Shown: positions 22,466 to 30,306 of the stretch, piece by piece
Position numbering within the stretch: the first letter of the stretch is position 1
Layout: the number at the start of each line of letters is the position of its first letter
NCBI GenBank assembly: GCA_016432445.1
Contig: CP066689.1
Coordinates: 870,001 to 902,000, forward strand
Length of the DNA: 32,000 nt
Origin: Candidatus Saccharimonadota bacterium
GTDB lineage: Bacteria; Patescibacteriota; Microgenomatia; UBA1406; GWC2-37-13
Direction: 5' to 3'
Position numbers and translations under genes: made by a program
The notes under the pieces: model-generated
Told to the model about the DNA's origin: nothing
Database searches by the model: none
Seen by the model: only the letters and a program-made list of their open reading frames with translations

Positions 22466-23562
22466 GCTTTATTTTTTATCAACTGGCTTAAAGCAGTAGT
22501 CATCTCAGAAGCTTTTATAAAATCTATTTTTGGAAATTTTTGTTGCAATAATGGAACTGCATTGTAATATTGTTCATTTACTAAAACTGACCTAATCCCA
22601 CTATCATCAATCAATCTATCAACATCACCCAAAACAATAAATGCTCCATTATCATAAGGACCTACCGCTCCTAAAGCCGCAATGTCCACTTCATTTTCCG
22701 CTCTTAAAGGACACGTATGAAAAGGTCTTTCCGGACTAATACCATGACTTAATAAATAGTTAAGAATCCTCAATTCATCACCTTTGGCTAATCCATGAGC
22801 ATCAAATCGCTCTCCAATATCAACAGATAATTGATTTCTAAATTGGCTAAGTTCATTAGGAATAAAATAATCGTCTTCTAACTTTCTCTCTCTTATATAA
22901 TCTCTGGCCTGCCGATTAAGATTTCCTATTTCCTCTTCTGTTAATATTCCTGGAGTATTTCTTATAGTTTCGAAAAAATCTGGCCGCGCAGTTTCTCTCT
23001 GTTGCCTTAACTGCTTCACTTGTTCATCTGTCATGTCTTGGCACATCACAATCTGAGCTTCACTTAATTCTTCAATAGGTAACCCTAATTTTGTAACTAC
23101 TGAAATACCTTTAGCAACCATTTTTGGAGTTATATCTTTTGAATAAGTTAAATCTGTATTTCTCCATTTTAACCAAGAAAGCATTTGTTCAGGATTTTCC
23201 TTTGGTGGCTTATCTAATTTAAATCCATTTGGATTTTGCTCAGAAACTATTTCAAGTATTTCGGCTGGACTTAAACTAACTATTTTCATCTCTCCTGTTT
23301 CAAAATCGTAAGTTGATAAACTTCTAGGATCATCTATTCCCGCTTTATCTAATGCAAATTTAATATTTGGATCTTTCATTAATTCTTCAACAGTTCTCGG
23401 ATTATCAGCAATGGAAGAAAGGTTATCTCGAGGATCTAAATTATTAGATATATTAATTCCAGGCTTTGGTTTACCACCATCTATTTTAACTACTGATTGA
23501 GAAGTTGCTTCTTGTGCGGGAGTGATGATACTATTTCCTGAAGATTCATTCTTATCAACCAT
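22453..23562 (-). CDS. Hypothetical protein (369 aa, no recognisable domain)
   Basis: Long uninterrupted ORF with a polar, probably disordered N-terminal ~60 aa. No motif was recognised. Confidence 0.5.
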   Translation of the reverse strand: MVDKNESSGNSIITPAQEATSQSVVKIDGGKPKPGINISNNLDPRDNLSSIADNPRTVEELMKDPNIKFALDKAGIDDPRSLSTYDFETGEMKIVSLSPAEILEIVSEQNPNGFKLDKPPKENPEQMLSWLKWRNTDLTYSKDITPKMVAKGISVVTKLGLPIEELSEAQIVMCQDMTDEQVKQLRQQRETARPDFFETIRNTPGILTEEEIGNLNRQARDYIRERKLEDDYFIPNELSQFRNQLSVDIGERFDAHGLAKGDELRILNYLLSHGISPERPFHTCPLRAENEVDIAALGAVGPYDNGAFIVLGDVDRLIDDSGIRSVLVNEQYYNAVPLLQQKFPKIDFIKASEMTTALSQLIKNKAERI

Positions 23563-23568
23563 CTAATT

Positions 23569-23574
23569 ATTTTA
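23569..23574 (-). promoter_or_regulatory. -10 hexamer TAAAAT, 6 nt upstream of the ATG at 23562
   Basis: The minus strand reads gtgTAAAATaattagATG. Confidence 0.3.
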
Positions 23575-23600
23575 CACTATTTGTTAAGTTGTTAAGTGAG

Positions 23601-23622
23601 TAAATCTGCTCAAATTCTCTCT
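23601..23622. repeat. 22-bp direct repeat, copy 2
   Basis: Identical to 22444-22465. The upstream gttaag is also shared, with a 1-nt indel. Confidence 0.9.
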
Positions 23623-23896
23623 TTTGATTACATAACATAAAACTGTAAGTTATTACGTCGCTTTCCTAAAGACACAGGCCCAAAAAAACAAATTGTTCAT
23701 GACCGTCTTTATTTTGAGTGAATATGTTCGTAGATCTTTTTTAAGAAGAACTGAAACGAAACAGATTTAAGCAGGTTTACTTACTTAATTCAATAAATAG
23801 TATTATACCAGACATTAGTCAAAAAAGCAAATTATAAGCTGGACAAAAAATCTACTATCAAAATAAGCGGCTCTACCTTATAATAATCCCTAAGAT

Positions 23897-24646
23897 ATGA
23901 TAACTGTTTGGATGTATTCAATAATTAGTGTTTTATTAGTAAGCGTCGTCTCTCTTGTTGGAGTACTGACTTTATCTATTAATGACAAACTGCTAAAAAG
24001 AGTTCTTATTTACTTTGTCAGTTTTTCTACTGGAGCTTTGTTTGGCGACGCCTTCATTCATATTTTGCCTGAAGTAGTAGAGGAATTTGGTTTTTCTTTT
24101 CAAGTTTCGCTTTTCATTCTGGCAGGTATTGTCGTCTCATTTATTATCGAAAAAGTTATCTGTTGGAGACATTGTCACATACCTATAACTAAAACTCATG
24201 TTCACAGGTTTGCTTTTATGAATTTATTCGGGGATGCTATTCATAATTTAATAGACGGATTGATTATAGGCGCCAGTTATCTGGCTAGTATTCCCCTTGG
24301 AATTGCCACCACGATAGCGGTTATATTTCACGAAATTCCTCAGGAAATAGGAGATTTCGGCATACTTTTACATGGAGGTTTTAGCAAACAAAAAGCCATT
24401 CTTTATAATTTTTTTATTGCTCTCACGGCAATACTGGGAGTCGTGTTATCTCTTCTTCTATCAGCATATGTAGAAAACGCCAATATGTTTTTACTGCCTT
24501 TTGCCGCCGGCAGTTTTATTTATATTGCAGGAAGCGACCTTATCCCTGAACTTCATAAAGAAGTAGAGTTAAAAAAAAGTTTATTTCAGATAATTGCCTT
24601 TATTTTAGGAATCCTGGTTATGCTCTCCCTCCTAATCATTGAATAA
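23897..24646 (+). CDS. ZIP-family divalent metal transporter (ZupT-like)
   Basis: The HEIPQEIGDFGILL signature and GDAIHNLIDGL, with 8 TM segments. Confidence 0.85.
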   Translation: MITVWMYSIISVLLVSVVSLVGVLTLSINDKLLKRVLIYFVSFSTGALFGDAFIHILPEVVEEFGFSFQVSLFILAGIVVSFIIEKVICWRHCHIPITKTHVHRFAFMNLFGDAIHNLIDGLIIGASYLASIPLGIATTIAVIFHEIPQEIGDFGILLHGGFSKQKAILYNFFIALTAILGVVLSLLLSAYVENANMFLLPFAAGSFIYIAGSDLIPELHKEVELKKSLFQIIAFILGILVMLSLLIIE

Positions 24647-24709
24647 ATCCAAATGTCAAAACTCAAATGTCAAATATTTTTTGTCATTTGAAATTTGGAT
24701 TTTGGATTT
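24645..24709. terminator. Large imperfect palindrome between convergent genes (probable bidirectional terminator, REP-like family)
   Basis: aaatccaaa...tcaaatgtcaa-(7 nt: atatttt)-ttgtcatttga...tttggattt. The outer 9 bp are perfect and the inner stem matches 10/11. Confidence 0.45.
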
Positions 24710-26276
24710 ATTTTAATTTTAGGTAGTGCAGATAATAACCGCCGCCCACATCAGCTATTTTCTTTTCATAATTTTGCCACAACTCATCAGTGTAAATATC
24801 ATCCTCCCTTTCATTAATTACTTTATTAAATGGTCTGGCAAACCGCGGATCGTCAAAGTCAAGTTTAAAATCCAGCACCTGGATATTGCCAAGTAATAAA
24901 AAGGTAGGCTTTTGAGAAAGAATATATGGCCCGTCATGCTTCTCATGTCCAGCCGCGCCTTTTCCCAAATCAACCTTTTTATGGGAAATATATTTATTAG
25001 TCAACCCTAGCATATCGTAAATATACCGGTCAGAATAATAACCTACAGCTCCTATAGGCACCAAAGCTATAGTTTCATTTGGTTTAGCGTTTTCTTTTAA
25101 CCATTTACCAACATAAGTCCAGCGCGGGATTTCATAATTTTTTTGATCAAGATAAATTTGGTACTGATTACCAACCAAAGGCTGCGCAAAAGCTCTATAA
25201 ATTAGTATGGCAGCAAAACTAAACATAAAAATATATTTAATGTATGAATTTGGAAACACGTCTTCAATTTTTGCTAAAAAAAATGCAAGAAGAACCGTAA
25301 AGTAGGGGAGAGCGGGCAATAAAAACCGGTACATTGGTAATCCGTCACCTCCAACCAGAACAGTTTCCGTCACAATAGTAAAAATAAACAATAAAGCTAA
25401 CAAAACTGTTCTTGTTTTATTAATATAACCCCAGATAATAAGAACAATAAAAAATAGAATAAAACTGTAATTGAGGAAAAAATCAAATGTATACCTTAAA
25501 CCACGAAGATAAATATCTAAATTCGCTCCCACTTTAGCATAAAAAGTATTTGGCAATAGTTGTCCATACAAACTGTACCTTATAAGAAAAGATGAGGCTA
25601 TAACGAACGTAAATGGCAAAAGATAATAAAATATTAAATTTTTTAGCTTAACTTTAGCTTTAAAAACAAACCATAGCGTTGCCAAAACAGGAACGAATAA
25701 TCCTTCAAGCCGGGTTAAAATTACAAGAATTGAAATAATTGAGAAAATAAATAATTTTTGCTTATCAAATTTTGAGTTCAAGCTCAAAAAAACATAGTTT
25801 AATAAAAGAAAAAAAGAATACATCGTTATCTCCAACCCTCCTAAAGACCAAACCGCAATAATATTGGAAGAGGAAATGAATAAAAGAGCCAGAAAACGAG
25901 ATACTGATGAAATTTTTATTTTTTTTAAAAAAAAGTAAAGAAGAATTATTTGTAAACTTCCAAATAATAGCCCCACATTTCTTCCTATCCAGACTATATC
26001 AAACCCTAATCTCCCCAATAACCCTAATAACCCAAACCATAAAACACTGGTAAACCCCTCTACATATTCACCAGCGTTATAAACCGGCCCTAAGCCGGTA
26101 AGAAAATTTTTAACATAACGGAAAGTAATAAAAGCATCATCACTTAAAAAATTAAGAGAGTAAGAAAAGAAAACAAAAATATACAAACAAACGGCTAAAA
26201 TAATTATGTCTTTCCCAAACTCAGGCGCGTTTAGATACTCATATATTTTGGCTAAATTTGATCTAACTACTTTCAT
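24708..26276 (-). CDS. Polytopic membrane protein, probable GT-C-type glycosyltransferase
   Basis: 522 aa. A DDAFITFRY acidic motif follows TM1, with about 12 TM segments and a soluble C-terminal domain. Confidence 0.45.
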   Translation of the reverse strand: MKVVRSNLAKIYEYLNAPEFGKDIIILAVCLYIFVFFSYSLNFLSDDAFITFRYVKNFLTGLGPVYNAGEYVEGFTSVLWFGLLGLLGRLGFDIVWIGRNVGLLFGSLQIILLYFFLKKIKISSVSRFLALLFISSSNIIAVWSLGGLEITMYSFFLLLNYVFLSLNSKFDKQKLFIFSIISILVILTRLEGLFVPVLATLWFVFKAKVKLKNLIFYYLLPFTFVIASSFLIRYSLYGQLLPNTFYAKVGANLDIYLRGLRYTFDFFLNYSFILFFIVLIIWGYINKTRTVLLALLFIFTIVTETVLVGGDGLPMYRFLLPALPYFTVLLAFFLAKIEDVFPNSYIKYIFMFSFAAILIYRAFAQPLVGNQYQIYLDQKNYEIPRWTYVGKWLKENAKPNETIALVPIGAVGYYSDRYIYDMLGLTNKYISHKKVDLGKGAAGHEKHDGPYILSQKPTFLLLGNIQVLDFKLDFDDPRFARPFNKVINEREDDIYTDELWQNYEKKIADVGGGYYLHYLKLK

Positions 26277-26288
26277 ATTTTTCTTTGG

Positions 26289-27254
26289 TTAAGTTTTTTT
26301 TTCAAGAAACATACCGGCTATAAAAGTGGTTATAGGAACAGCTAGAATAATACCGATACTGCTTACCAAAGTTCTGACGATCTCGGTGGTAATTATCTCA
26401 CTGTTTAAAGCTGTGCTATAAGGCATTTTAGAGTTATAAAAAAGTAAAAACAGAGGCAAAGAAGCGCCAGCATAGACTAAGATCAACGTATTAACTAAAG
26501 AGGCTATATGGTCACGGCCGACAATCATAGCCTGTTTATAAAGTTCTCTAAACCTGTATTTTGGATTGGCAATCTTTAGTCTTTCAACTATTGCAGTTTG
26601 AGCGATAGTAATATCATCTAATACTCCCATCGCTCCGATGATTATGCCGGCCAAAAGCAGGCTGACAACATTTATATTTTCTCCTTGTATAACCTGTAAA
26701 TAAGCGGCCTCCTCCGAAGCAAAACCGGTAAGCCTGGTAAACTTTACAAAAATATAAGATAGTATGCCGGTTATAACCAAGGCAATAAATGTACCGCTCA
26801 AGGCAATGGTTGTTTTCCGGTTAAAACCATGACCTAAATAAAAGGTTATGGGTATGATAAACAAAGCGCCAAGCAGTGATATTAAAACCGGATCATTGCC
26901 AAGAAGAATATTGGGAATAATAAATCCGCCGATAATTACAAAGGTAAAAATCATGCCAAAAAAAGACGTTATACCTTTCCATCTCCCAATTAAAAAGACT
27001 AATGCTAAAAAAATGAAAAAAAGTAAAAGAATTTCATTAGTTCTCACATAGTCATTAATGAAAACTCTTTCTTGCCCTGACGGGCTTTTGGAATAAGAAA
27101 CAGACACATGATCCCCTTTATTAAAATTTATTTTCTTTATCTCATCAAGATTTACATCAAAAGTCTTATCTTTTAATTCTCCTTTTAATAGTTTTAACTT
27201 TACCTTTCCTTGCATTATCTCTAAAACTTGAGCTTCGTTATAAGATGAATTCAT
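26289..27254 (-). CDS. YibE/F-family membrane protein
   Basis: N-terminal soluble beta-rich segment followed by TM segments. The VGRDHIASLVNTLILVYAGASLPLFLL block resembles YibE/F. Confidence 0.55.
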   Translation of the reverse strand: MNSSYNEAQVLEIMQGKVKLKLLKGELKDKTFDVNLDEIKKINFNKGDHVSVSYSKSPSGQERVFINDYVRTNEILLLFFIFLALVFLIGRWKGITSFFGMIFTFVIIGGFIIPNILLGNDPVLISLLGALFIIPITFYLGHGFNRKTTIALSGTFIALVITGILSYIFVKFTRLTGFASEEAAYLQVIQGENINVVSLLLAGIIIGAMGVLDDITIAQTAIVERLKIANPKYRFRELYKQAMIVGRDHIASLVNTLILVYAGASLPLFLLFYNSKMPYSTALNSEIITTEIVRTLVSSIGIILAVPITTFIAGMFLEKKT

Positions 27255-27307
27255 TGAAAAAATTTAAAGAACTTGTATAATGAACATATTAATTCTAGTG
27301 AATTTAT

Positions 27308-27961
27308 ATGAATAAAAATACCATTATATACACAATAATTGGGGTTATCCTTATTATTGGTTTTTTATTTCTTGCTTATAATCTTACCAGTACACCTGAA
27401 AAAAATGTTGTTTATAAAGAAACCCAAACTTTAACATCCTCAGACCATATCAAGTGGTCACCTGACAAAAAAAATCTCTTGGTCGAGTATAGTGACCTCC
27501 AATGTCCAGCTTGTAAAGCTTATCATGATGTCATTAAAAGCCAGATAGAAACAGCCTCTTCAGGAGCTGAGATAACAAAAAAAATCACTTTTGTTTACCG
27601 ACATTTTCCTTTAAGTCAGCATCAATACGCCCAGCCTGCAGCTTATGCGGCTGAAGCCGCTGGCAAACAAGGTAAGTTTTACGAGATGATTGATCTCATA
27701 TTTGAAGCTCAGGATAGTTGGTCAAAAAGCAGTAACCCCAATGAAGAGTTTGTAAAAATGGCTCAAAAATTAAATCTTGACATGGATAAGTTCAAAAAAG
27801 ATTTTGATTCCCAAGAAGTAAAAAACAAAGTTAACCAAGACTACCAGTCAGGAATCCAAGCTCAAGTCAGATCTACCCCCAGCTTTTACCTTAACGGCCA
27901 AAAGCTTGATAAGGTAAGCTCTTTCGACGATTTCATCAAACTTCTAAAAGAAGTAAAGTAA
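27308..27961 (+). CDS. DsbA/BdbD-like thiol:disulfide oxidoreductase with N-terminal membrane anchor
   Basis: CPAC active site (CxxC), thioredoxin-fold spacing, cis-Pro region STPSFYLNG. Confidence 0.8.
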   Translation: MNKNTIIYTIIGVILIIGFLFLAYNLTSTPEKNVVYKETQTLTSSDHIKWSPDKKNLLVEYSDLQCPACKAYHDVIKSQIETASSGAEITKKITFVYRHFPLSQHQYAQPAAYAAEAAGKQGKFYEMIDLIFEAQDSWSKSSNPNEEFVKMAQKLNLDMDKFKKDFDSQEVKNKVNQDYQSGIQAQVRSTPSFYLNGQKLDKVSSFDDFIKLLKEVK

Positions 27962-27980
27962 CTCTACTTTAATATTGGTC

Positions 27981-28001
27981 ATGCTGAACTTGATTCAGCA
28001 T
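27981..28001 (+). terminator. Hairpin ATGCTGAA-cttga-TTCAGCAT downstream of the dsbA-like gene
   Basis: 8-bp perfect stem followed by ctgttt, a weak U-tract. Confidence 0.4.
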
Positions 28002-28028
28002 CTGTTTAGTCCGAAATTATATGAAATC

Positions 28029-28037
28029 TGATAAAAT
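28029..28037 (+). promoter_or_regulatory. Extended -10 box TGATAAAAT upstream of the hydrolase-murF-ddl operon
   Basis: It lies 15 nt before the ATG at 28053. Confidence 0.4.
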
Positions 28038-28052
28038 ATACCTATCTGAAGC

Positions 28053-28829
28053 ATGAAAAATACTTTCCAGAAAAGGAAAATCATTATTAATGATCTCTTA
28101 ATCAATTACTACTGTTTAAGTCAGAATCAATCATTACCGGTACTTCTTTTTCTTCATGGCTGGCGGTCTGAAAGCAGCTTATGGTTTTCAGCTATACCTG
28201 ATTCTTTATCAAAAAACTATCAGCTTTACTTTATTGATTTGCCAGGATTCGGCGAATCGCAGATACCACAAGTTAATTTCGACTTAGATAATTATTCTAA
28301 AGTTGTCAAAGAATTTATAAAGAAGCTTAATCTTCATCCTGTAACATTAGTCGGTCATTCATTCGGAGGTAGCATGACAATAAATTTAGCAGCGAAGTCA
28401 CCTGAACTAATAGATAAAATTGTTCTTATCGGTAGCTCAGGCATTAGAAAAAAAAATCGCTTTAAAGTTACTGCAGCAATAATTGCAAAAATTGTCGGTC
28501 CAGTTTTTAAACTTCCTTTTATGGGAAACATTAGAACTAAAATTTATAAAATGATAGGATCTGAAGATTATATAGCGACACCTGAACTTCAACAAGTATA
28601 TATGAATATTATTAATGATGATTTATCACCTTTACTTTCTAAAATTAAAAAAAAGACTCTTCTTATCTGGGGAAAGCTAGACAGGGAAACTCCTCTTAGA
28701 TATGGCGAAATTATGAAAAAAGAAATTCCTAATTCACAATTAGTCATATTATCTAAAGCCGGGCACTATAGTTTTCTTGATGACCCTTATGGATTTCAGA
28801 AAGCTTTTTTAAGTTTTTTAAACAATTAA
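28053..28829 (+). CDS. Alpha/beta-fold hydrolase
   Basis: LLFLHGW oxyanion region, nucleophile elbow GHSFGG, C-terminal GH (AGHYSFLD). Confidence 0.8.
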   Translation: MKNTFQKRKIIINDLLINYYCLSQNQSLPVLLFLHGWRSESSLWFSAIPDSLSKNYQLYFIDLPGFGESQIPQVNFDLDNYSKVVKEFIKKLNLHPVTLVGHSFGGSMTINLAAKSPELIDKIVLIGSSGIRKKNRFKVTAAIIAKIVGPVFKLPFMGNIRTKIYKMIGSEDYIATPELQQVYMNIINDDLSPLLSKIKKKTLLIWGKLDRETPLRYGEIMKKEIPNSQLVILSKAGHYSFLDDPYGFQKAFLSFLNN

Positions 28830-30298
28830 TGAACAAGCTAAATATTTTTCGCATCATTCATTATCAACATTATTTATTGCAACTAGAAGAATACAATCTG
28901 AGTCGTTTCCTTAAAGTTATTAAAATCACCAAAGGCATCCCGCCAAAAGATCTTAGAAAAAATATTAATCCAACCTTAAAAATTACATTGATAATATTGC
29001 TTTCGCTGTTACTTCAACTGAAAATATCAATTATTATCGCTCTTCTTTTTTATTTCCTGATTGCTAAAGAGCTCATCATTTTTACATTAATTTTTTTGGT
29101 TTTTTCATTTATTTTTTCCTATATTCACTTTATATTTATTTCTACAATAGTCTTTATCTTATCTCCACTTGATTATTTTATTAAAGAAAGAATTATTGCT
29201 TCAGCTCAAAAAAAACTAAAAAGTTATCCTGATTTAAAAATCATCGGTATTGCCGGAAGTTTCGGAAAAACTACTTTTAAAGAAGTTCTGTTTAATGTCT
29301 TATCTGAAAAATATAAAGTACTGAAAACTCCCAAAAACATCAATACTCCTTTGGGCATCTCCAACTTTATTCTTAATAATCTTGAAAAAGACACCAAAAT
29401 TTTTATCGTTGAAATGGGTGAATATTATAAAGGTGATATTAAAAATATCTGCAGAATCACGCCTCCTGATATTATTGTCATCACTGGCATTAACGAAGCT
29501 CATTTGGAAAAGATGGGTTCCTTGGATACCACGATCTCAACCATCTTTGAGATTGCCGATAATTATAAAAAAGAAGCGACTGTATTTATGAATGCTGACT
29601 CTAAACTCGTAGTTGAAAATTACGAAAAATATACTGAATCTAAAAAAACAGTTTTCTTCAGCAGCCACAATAATAAGCTTTCTGAATACGAGTCAAAAAA
29701 CGTACAGTTTGATGAAACTAATTTATCCCTTTCCTTTGATCTTTATTTTGGAAATAAGTTAATTACTAAGATTACTACCTTAGTTTTAGGCGAATATATT
29801 ATCGGTGATATAATTGGCACCCTGCAGATTGCAAAGCTCATGGAAATTTCTGAAGAAGAGATAAAAAAAGGTTTAGCAAAATTAAAACCGGTTAACCACC
29901 GCCTGGAACCCATCATCAATAAAAATACTCAAGTTACAGTAATTGATGACAGCTATAACGGTAACCCTGACGGAGTAGAGGAGGCCATTAAATTACTGGC
30001 TAAATTTAAAGATAAGCGAAAAATATATCTGACTCCCGGCTTAGTCGAAACCGGTGAAAGGAAAGAAGAGATACACTATAATATAGGTAAAAGATTGTCA
30101 GTTGTTGCCGACATCGTAATCTTAATCAAAAATAGCGTTACGCCTTTTATTGCCAAAGGATTAAAAGATAATAAATTTCCTGAAAAAAATATTATTTTAT
30201 TTGAAACAGTCAAAGAAGCGCATGACAGCTTAAGCGGAATTTTAAAATCAAAAGATGTAATCTTGTTTCAAAACGATTGGCCTGACAATTATTTTTAA
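28829..30298 (+). CDS. murF: Mur ligase, MurF-like (UDP-MurNAc-tripeptide--D-Ala-D-Ala ligase) with atypical hydrophobic N-terminus
   Basis: P-loop GIAGSFGKTT, DDSYNGNP (MurF-typical DDSYNANP), located directly upstream of ddl. The start ATG overlaps the hydrolase stop (TAATG). Confidence 0.7.
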   Translation: MNKLNIFRIIHYQHYLLQLEEYNLSRFLKVIKITKGIPPKDLRKNINPTLKITLIILLSLLLQLKISIIIALLFYFLIAKELIIFTLIFLVFSFIFSYIHFIFISTIVFILSPLDYFIKERIIASAQKKLKSYPDLKIIGIAGSFGKTTFKEVLFNVLSEKYKVLKTPKNINTPLGISNFILNNLEKDTKIFIVEMGEYYKGDIKNICRITPPDIIVITGINEAHLEKMGSLDTTISTIFEIADNYKKEATVFMNADSKLVVENYEKYTESKKTVFFSSHNNKLSEYESKNVQFDETNLSLSFDLYFGNKLITKITTLVLGEYIIGDIIGTLQIAKLMEISEEEIKKGLAKLKPVNHRLEPIINKNTQVTVIDDSYNGNPDGVEEAIKLLAKFKDKRKIYLTPGLVETGERKEEIHYNIGKRLSVVADIVILIKNSVTPFIAKGLKDNKFPEKNIILFETVKEAHDSLSGILKSKDVILFQNDWPDNYF

Positions 30299-30306
30299 AT
30301 TATTTT

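Noticed and set aside
23665-23676. Zur-box-like imperfect palindrome GTAAgttATTAC upstream of the ZIP transporter
   Set aside because: It is about 220 nt from the start codon, too short and too imperfect, and such palindromes are expected by chance in AT-rich DNA.
1303-29591. Short nested or antisense ORFs in the track (1303-1542, 5002-5217, 5636-5857, 5988-6200, 8021-8227, 12539-12745, 12752-13000, 14400-14582, 18842-19027, 19931-20125, 20419-20673, 26848-27051, 29300-29503, 29382-29591)
   Set aside because: Each lies entirely inside, or antisense to, a longer ORF with clear family motifs. Their low-complexity composition is typical of chance ORFs in AT-rich DNA.
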